In this document: piece by piece, positions 59,301 to 64,000 of the stretch
Layout: each line of letters begins with the position of its first letter
Position numbering within the stretch: position 1 is the first letter of the stretch
Assembly (NCBI GenBank): GCA_004764695.1
Contig: SMSO01000031.1
Coordinates: forward strand, 2,456,436-2,520,435
Source: Schizochytrium sp. TIO01
Taxonomy: Eukaryota; Protista; Bigyra: Labyrinthulomycetes
Direction of reading: 5' to 3'
DNA: 64,000 nt
Notes under the pieces: model-generated
The model's database searches: none
What the model was told of the DNA's origin: nothing
The model's input: the letters and a program-made list of their open reading frames with translations, nothing else
Translations under genes and position numbers: made by a program

Positions 59301-60479
59301 ATTACACGCACTCCCGCAACTATACATCACCATTACATAGCCGTAATTGCGAGATTTATAGCTCCACTGGTTCCGTGCCGAGTCCGATTTTCTGGTGTTC
59401 CATGCACGGGTACAGCTTTCAGGTTTGTGGCCTCACTTAAACTAGATTAAAGAACCAAATGGTCCTGATACTTTACAATCTCTCTCCAACGTTAAACATT
59501 TTTCTTTCTCCTTTTTAAGCGCCGGGGTGTTCCTTGTGTCCATTAGAACAGGGGGTATATAAGACGTTTTTTAACCGGAAGTTCCCCAAAGCCCCCGTGC
59601 GGCTAAACAATACTAGTGTGGTAGAACTTCCGTGAGGGAAAGATAACTTTGAAGGCGCTAACTCCCTAGTAACTCTTCTTGTCCTTTTTGGAATGAATGA
59701 AACTTTGCAAAGCTCCAGGAACAGAGTGGTGTCACAAGAAAGAGAGAAGACGCCTGCTTTCCGCTTCCTGTGTGTCGGCCTCTCACGATAGTGACGATAC
59801 CGCCACTGCCTTCGCACTTCCCCTCTCTTTAGTTTCTTTCCTCCACTGACGCTCAGTCCAGTCGAGTGAACACAGATCAGCCAGCAGAGCAGAGAAGAGC
59901 AGAGCAGAGCAGAAAGAACAGAGAGAAGAACCTCTGACTGACTGGCTCCGCCTGAGGTAGCAGGCGGGCTATCTAAAATGCTAAGAGTCTTTCTTTCTTT
60001 AAATTTGGTCTTCGCTGCTTTGATTTTCAGGAACAGCAGAATCGAGCGATTGACGCGCCCAGAAGACACATCAAAATGCCTCGCCAGCCCCCGGGGTCGG
60101 GCTCGAGAAGGGCGCAGCACGGTGTCAGCAGAGAGAGCAGAAGGCAGCGGCATCTATCCACCCTGCGACAGGCCTGGAGACTCTTGAATTGATTAACTTT
60201 GGCGAGTTGGAAAGAACAACATCATCAACTGTAAGACTTTGTACTTGTTCTTCTCTGGAAACTGAGTCTTCGTTGGAGAAGACATTGATTGACTGGAAAT
60301 AAACGAGAACAAAGTCTGGCTAATAACAGGTAGGTAGTACTAATTTGTGTAATGGGGGCTTTTACATTTTTTGGAAGTCTCATCGTCTAATCAGGGCTGC
60401 TTTTATAATTTATAATATATTTGCTATAGGATGAAAACACTTGAACTTCGCGCCACCATGAGTGGTCCTCAGCTAAGCT

Positions 60480-63060
60480 CTGACAGCATGCAATCCATTG
60501 CAGTGATCTCGGTACAGGCTTTCCTAAACATGTGTTTCGCTCTCTTGATAGCATACCTACCACTCTTGTTTTAGCATCATCCTTCCTGCAAGATAAAGAA
60601 CTTGAGAGAATACCTCCATCAAGTTCCTGTAAGTTCCTCAGTATAAAGACTCTGAATAAACAGAGAGCTCTCACTGCGTCCTATCCTGTTGAGGAAAACA
60701 CACCGCCACTATGATTTATCCATAGTAGGATTAATAAATTGCCATGGCTCCTGATTTGTCTACCTTTACAACTACCTACCTACTGAAATGATCAACAGGC
60801 TATCTGAACTCATCAACTGGCACTGACAGACAGGAAATCACGATGCTCGCATACACCACCAATGTTTGCTGCTCTTGATTTGCAGCGAAGCTTTGGGGAG
60901 ACGAAGAGACAACATTGCCACTATGATCCATGTGCTTTGATTTCTTATTTTGAAACTATCCGACTTGCAGTTGCAATAGCAGTAGTCCTTAGCGGGCCAA
61001 TGTGTGTGTTAGTGTTTTAGCTAGGGAGGTATTAAGAATAAGCCTATGGCCGGAAGTGAATGGTTATCGAGAGACGATGCTGACTCGTAGCTAGCACTTT
61101 GAATGTCTTCTTGCTACCATGACTTTGATCTCACGTTGCACTAGAGAATGATCAATAGAAAAGAGATGAACTACAGACCTTCTCTGAATTCTGTGCTGTC
61201 GAGATACCTCGCGAGCTGCAAATAATATTATATAAACTTGAGTTTGTACGAATGAGTGGCCTTCAATAACCTATAATTTTTTCTTCATAACACATATTAA
61301 CATTTCACCGATTTGTGAGCTCCAGGGAGTGGCCACACATTTTTTTTAGAATTACTTTTGATAAAGTAGGCCGAATACTACCTGGTAGACATGGGGCTGT
61401 CTGCTACAATGCTAGCGAAAGAACTTCTTCCAATGCCACTACCCAATGCGAACAAAACTCTCTTCTCTTGGTTTGATTTCTTTCTCACAAGGCAATTATA
61501 AATCAAATTCCAGGAAGAACGGTGCGTACCACAACTTAGACTCTCGGCTTCCCCTATTATTGCAAGAATATAAAAGCATTGGCCACAATGGTGTTGGAAT
61601 TATTCGTTTTGAAAATCATTACCATTTTTTTTATGAAAATAAATATGATGTTGAGCCTTCTACTTAAAGTAGTAGATGCACGAGGTAGTCACTGGTCGAC
61701 TATGATAATATCGGAAGATTGTGTCCCTACCTCCCAATCAATTCAAAAGATTGTTCTCATCCCAACCGAATAGCACATGATTTACTTTGATGCAAAATTA
61801 TATATCCCTCACCCCATAAAGCCTCCTACCTAAACAACCTCCACTGCTGCCACGGGTTGGTTGATTTGAACCACGTAAGATTTGTTCACCGACATGATCT
61901 ATTTCCTACTGTTGCTTGATTGCTTCTTCAAAGAACAGGAAGAGAAAAAAGAGCGGAAGAAAAAGGACGAATGGAAGGTGGAATGAAACTTTGAAAACAA
62001 AAAAGTCTTGGCAGCCAAGATTTTTTATGCTTAGCAGGACCCATCCCACCCCTTGTAATGTTTTGGCTTCAAACGATACTTTTTGTTCCACTAGGAAATG
62101 GGGGGTCCCACTGACCACGAAGCGTGTTGCAGTAAATCTACTTTTCCCTTTGAGTTCTCTCACTGACATTTGTAGTTTAATGAAAACAAGAACAATATCT
62201 CTAGCGCAGTCATGGTGTCCTCCATGCCAGGCAGGCTACTGTGACTGAACGACCAGCCCACCAGCCAGTCAAGCCCTCAGAATAATATGTTGCTAACAAT
62301 GTAGTTTTTTAATTGCACTCATATGCTTTAGGCCAATACTGCTTAAGAGCTGAAAAACACGCGATGTCTGTGTCTGCCCCCTTCTTCCAAGCTTTCCCTG
62401 GCCGAGTTGGCTGGCCGTCCATCGCTGTCTCCAGGTGAGTAATGATCTACATGAAAGATGTCCTGAGTCTCTTACACACCTTGACTCCAAGAGTATATTG
62501 CTCAACTGCAATCGTGCGGACGGCCAACAAATGAATATTGAGACACGACCGCTTCACAGCGTTGTGATTGGCCATACGCACACCGCACGCGGCAGAGTTC
62601 AACAAATGCGTGTGCATCCTTTGGATTGTTAACTAAGCAAATGCAAAGGCACTGGCGTTTGGCCACAGCGTCCTAGGAGCTCGTTTTAGAGATCAAAACA
62701 AACACGACTGTTTTGTCTTACCCACTTTCCCGTCTCGATAATGAATACTCCCAGTAACTCTTTCCGACGCTGCATGAGTTCCACCAATCCGTACTAGGTT
62801 TAAATGAGTTTATGATGAATGCACAAATCGCCTTGCAGTGTGCTGCAATGTGAGCAAGACAATCCTGGTGTTTTAGATTCATCAGCTAACCAGCCTGATG
62901 TGAATTAGGGATGATTAAAGTGTATCTTCCTTCTTTCTCGCAGGAACAACTGAATGGCTGGTTCTACTAGCTCCGCGACTCAGTATTACGAGTTGGGAAC
63001 TGGTTGAAGAAAACATCATGCTTAGCAAGAAGGCGTTGATTTGTCATGCGTCATTGTATT
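60480..63060 (+). pseudogene. Decayed typical-class LRR relic with an LRRNT-like start
   Basis: HCSDLG..SIPTTL..FLQDKELERIPPSS..SIKTLN (60496-60660), LPTEMINRLSEL, TFSEF, LKVVDARG, CPESLTHLD, PSNSF/VLGLNE, PGVLDSSANQ. Confidence 0.6.
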
Positions 63061-63149
63061 CCGCTTTCTGATATATATATTTAAAAGCTGTCGATCCCAC
63101 TCACCACAAATTAAAAGAAAAGGAATTGTACCTTGCCCAGTACAAAGAA

Positions 63150-64000
63150 AATGCGGAATGGTTGTTAAGAACATTGTGTTAAATTTGTTGCCAGTGCTAA
63201 AGCAAAAAAGATGAGTCCACTTCTTATTCCTTTTTATAAGAGGAAAGGTAATAGAAAATGATAGCTACTCGCCGTTTACACTTACTTACTCTTACAAATC
63301 TACCATATTGTCTGGAGAGAAAGGTGTTTCTTCGGAAGTCCGGAAATCCTTGTTTTCAATCTTTCCCAAAAGTTGAAATCCAGTAAAAGAAACATATTGC
63401 AGCCATTGAAGCGCTTGACGAGTTCCGCATGCTTCCATTAGTTTGTTGAACTCATTAAAGTATAAAGCGAGGTTTTCAGAATGTTGATGTGCTTTGCTCA
63501 AATTCAGTCATCCTGTGACAACATTGTGATGTATAACAAATGAAGGACATGTCATTGAAAAGATAAACCCAATAAATACAACACTGAGTAGGTGATAACC
63601 CAAACAAGTGAAGCATTCCTGCTCTAAACTAAACGCCGAAACGTCCATAATCACGGCATTCTCGACTGCCAGGAGGTTTTCTGGCTATCTCTAAGCCATA
63701 GTGCAAGCTGTACTTCCATGACCTGTACAGCGCTGCTTTCTTAGTAGGGACAGATGGAAGATGCCTCCACTATCATTTAATTGCACACAAGCTTCGATAG
63801 AAGTTCGTTGTAAATTCCGGCAACCCTGAAAATCTATGTGTTTTGACGATTCACTGCTTTGAAAGCTCCAATCAAAGAAGTTCCCAACTCTGGTGGATCC
63901 TCATTACCATGCTGCAAAAGGTGTCGATACTCCTGATCGGTAGATTTTATGCCAAATTGATTTAAATACCAATGTGGGTGGAAGAAATACCCCATGTTTC
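63150..64000 (-). pseudogene. Decayed LRR relic, converging on the preceding one and running off the window edge
   Basis: GAFKAVN/KHIDFQG, LWLRDSQ, LFNDMS, LALYFNE..ALQWLQYVSF..KIENKDF (63292-63501). Confidence 0.55.

Noticed and set aside
1-64000. Explaining the broken ANK/TPR/LRR frames by an alternative genetic code, sequencing error or an endogenous giant virus
   Set aside because: The breaks include many frameshifts as well as stops, while three long ORFs in the same window are clean in the standard code. No viral hallmark gene (capsid, packaging ATPase, polymerase) was seen, so a viral origin is unsupported, though not excluded.

Overview
Eukaryotic, microsatellite-rich and very gene-poor window; the host cannot be fixed from sequence, and a protist is only a guess. 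Three long reading frames are intact. Two are intronless, co-oriented paralogous BCCT-family (betaine/carnitine/choline) transporter genes on the minus strand (1329-3836 and 27423-29762), each ending in a degenerate PLAC8-like domain. The third is the gag-pol ORF of a complete, apparently very young Ty1/copia LTR retrotransposon (19016-24445) with identical 207-bp LTRs, non-canonical TA...TA termini, a 5-bp TTTGC target-site duplication, a half-tRNA-iMet primer-binding site and (TTAGG)n-type repeats inside the LTR. The main unexplained signal is in the 'intergenic' DNA. Hand translation across frames shows much of it as 0.2-3 kb tiles of heavily frameshifted, stop-riddled coding relics from only three repeat families: ankyrin, kinesin-light-chain-like TPR and typical-class LRR. 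The tiles lie on both strands, often alternate, and AT-rich or microsatellite islands sit at many family switches. These relic calls are by-eye motif matches with approximate boundaries and need frameshift-aware HMM confirmation. No rRNA, tRNA or CRISPR array was seen.
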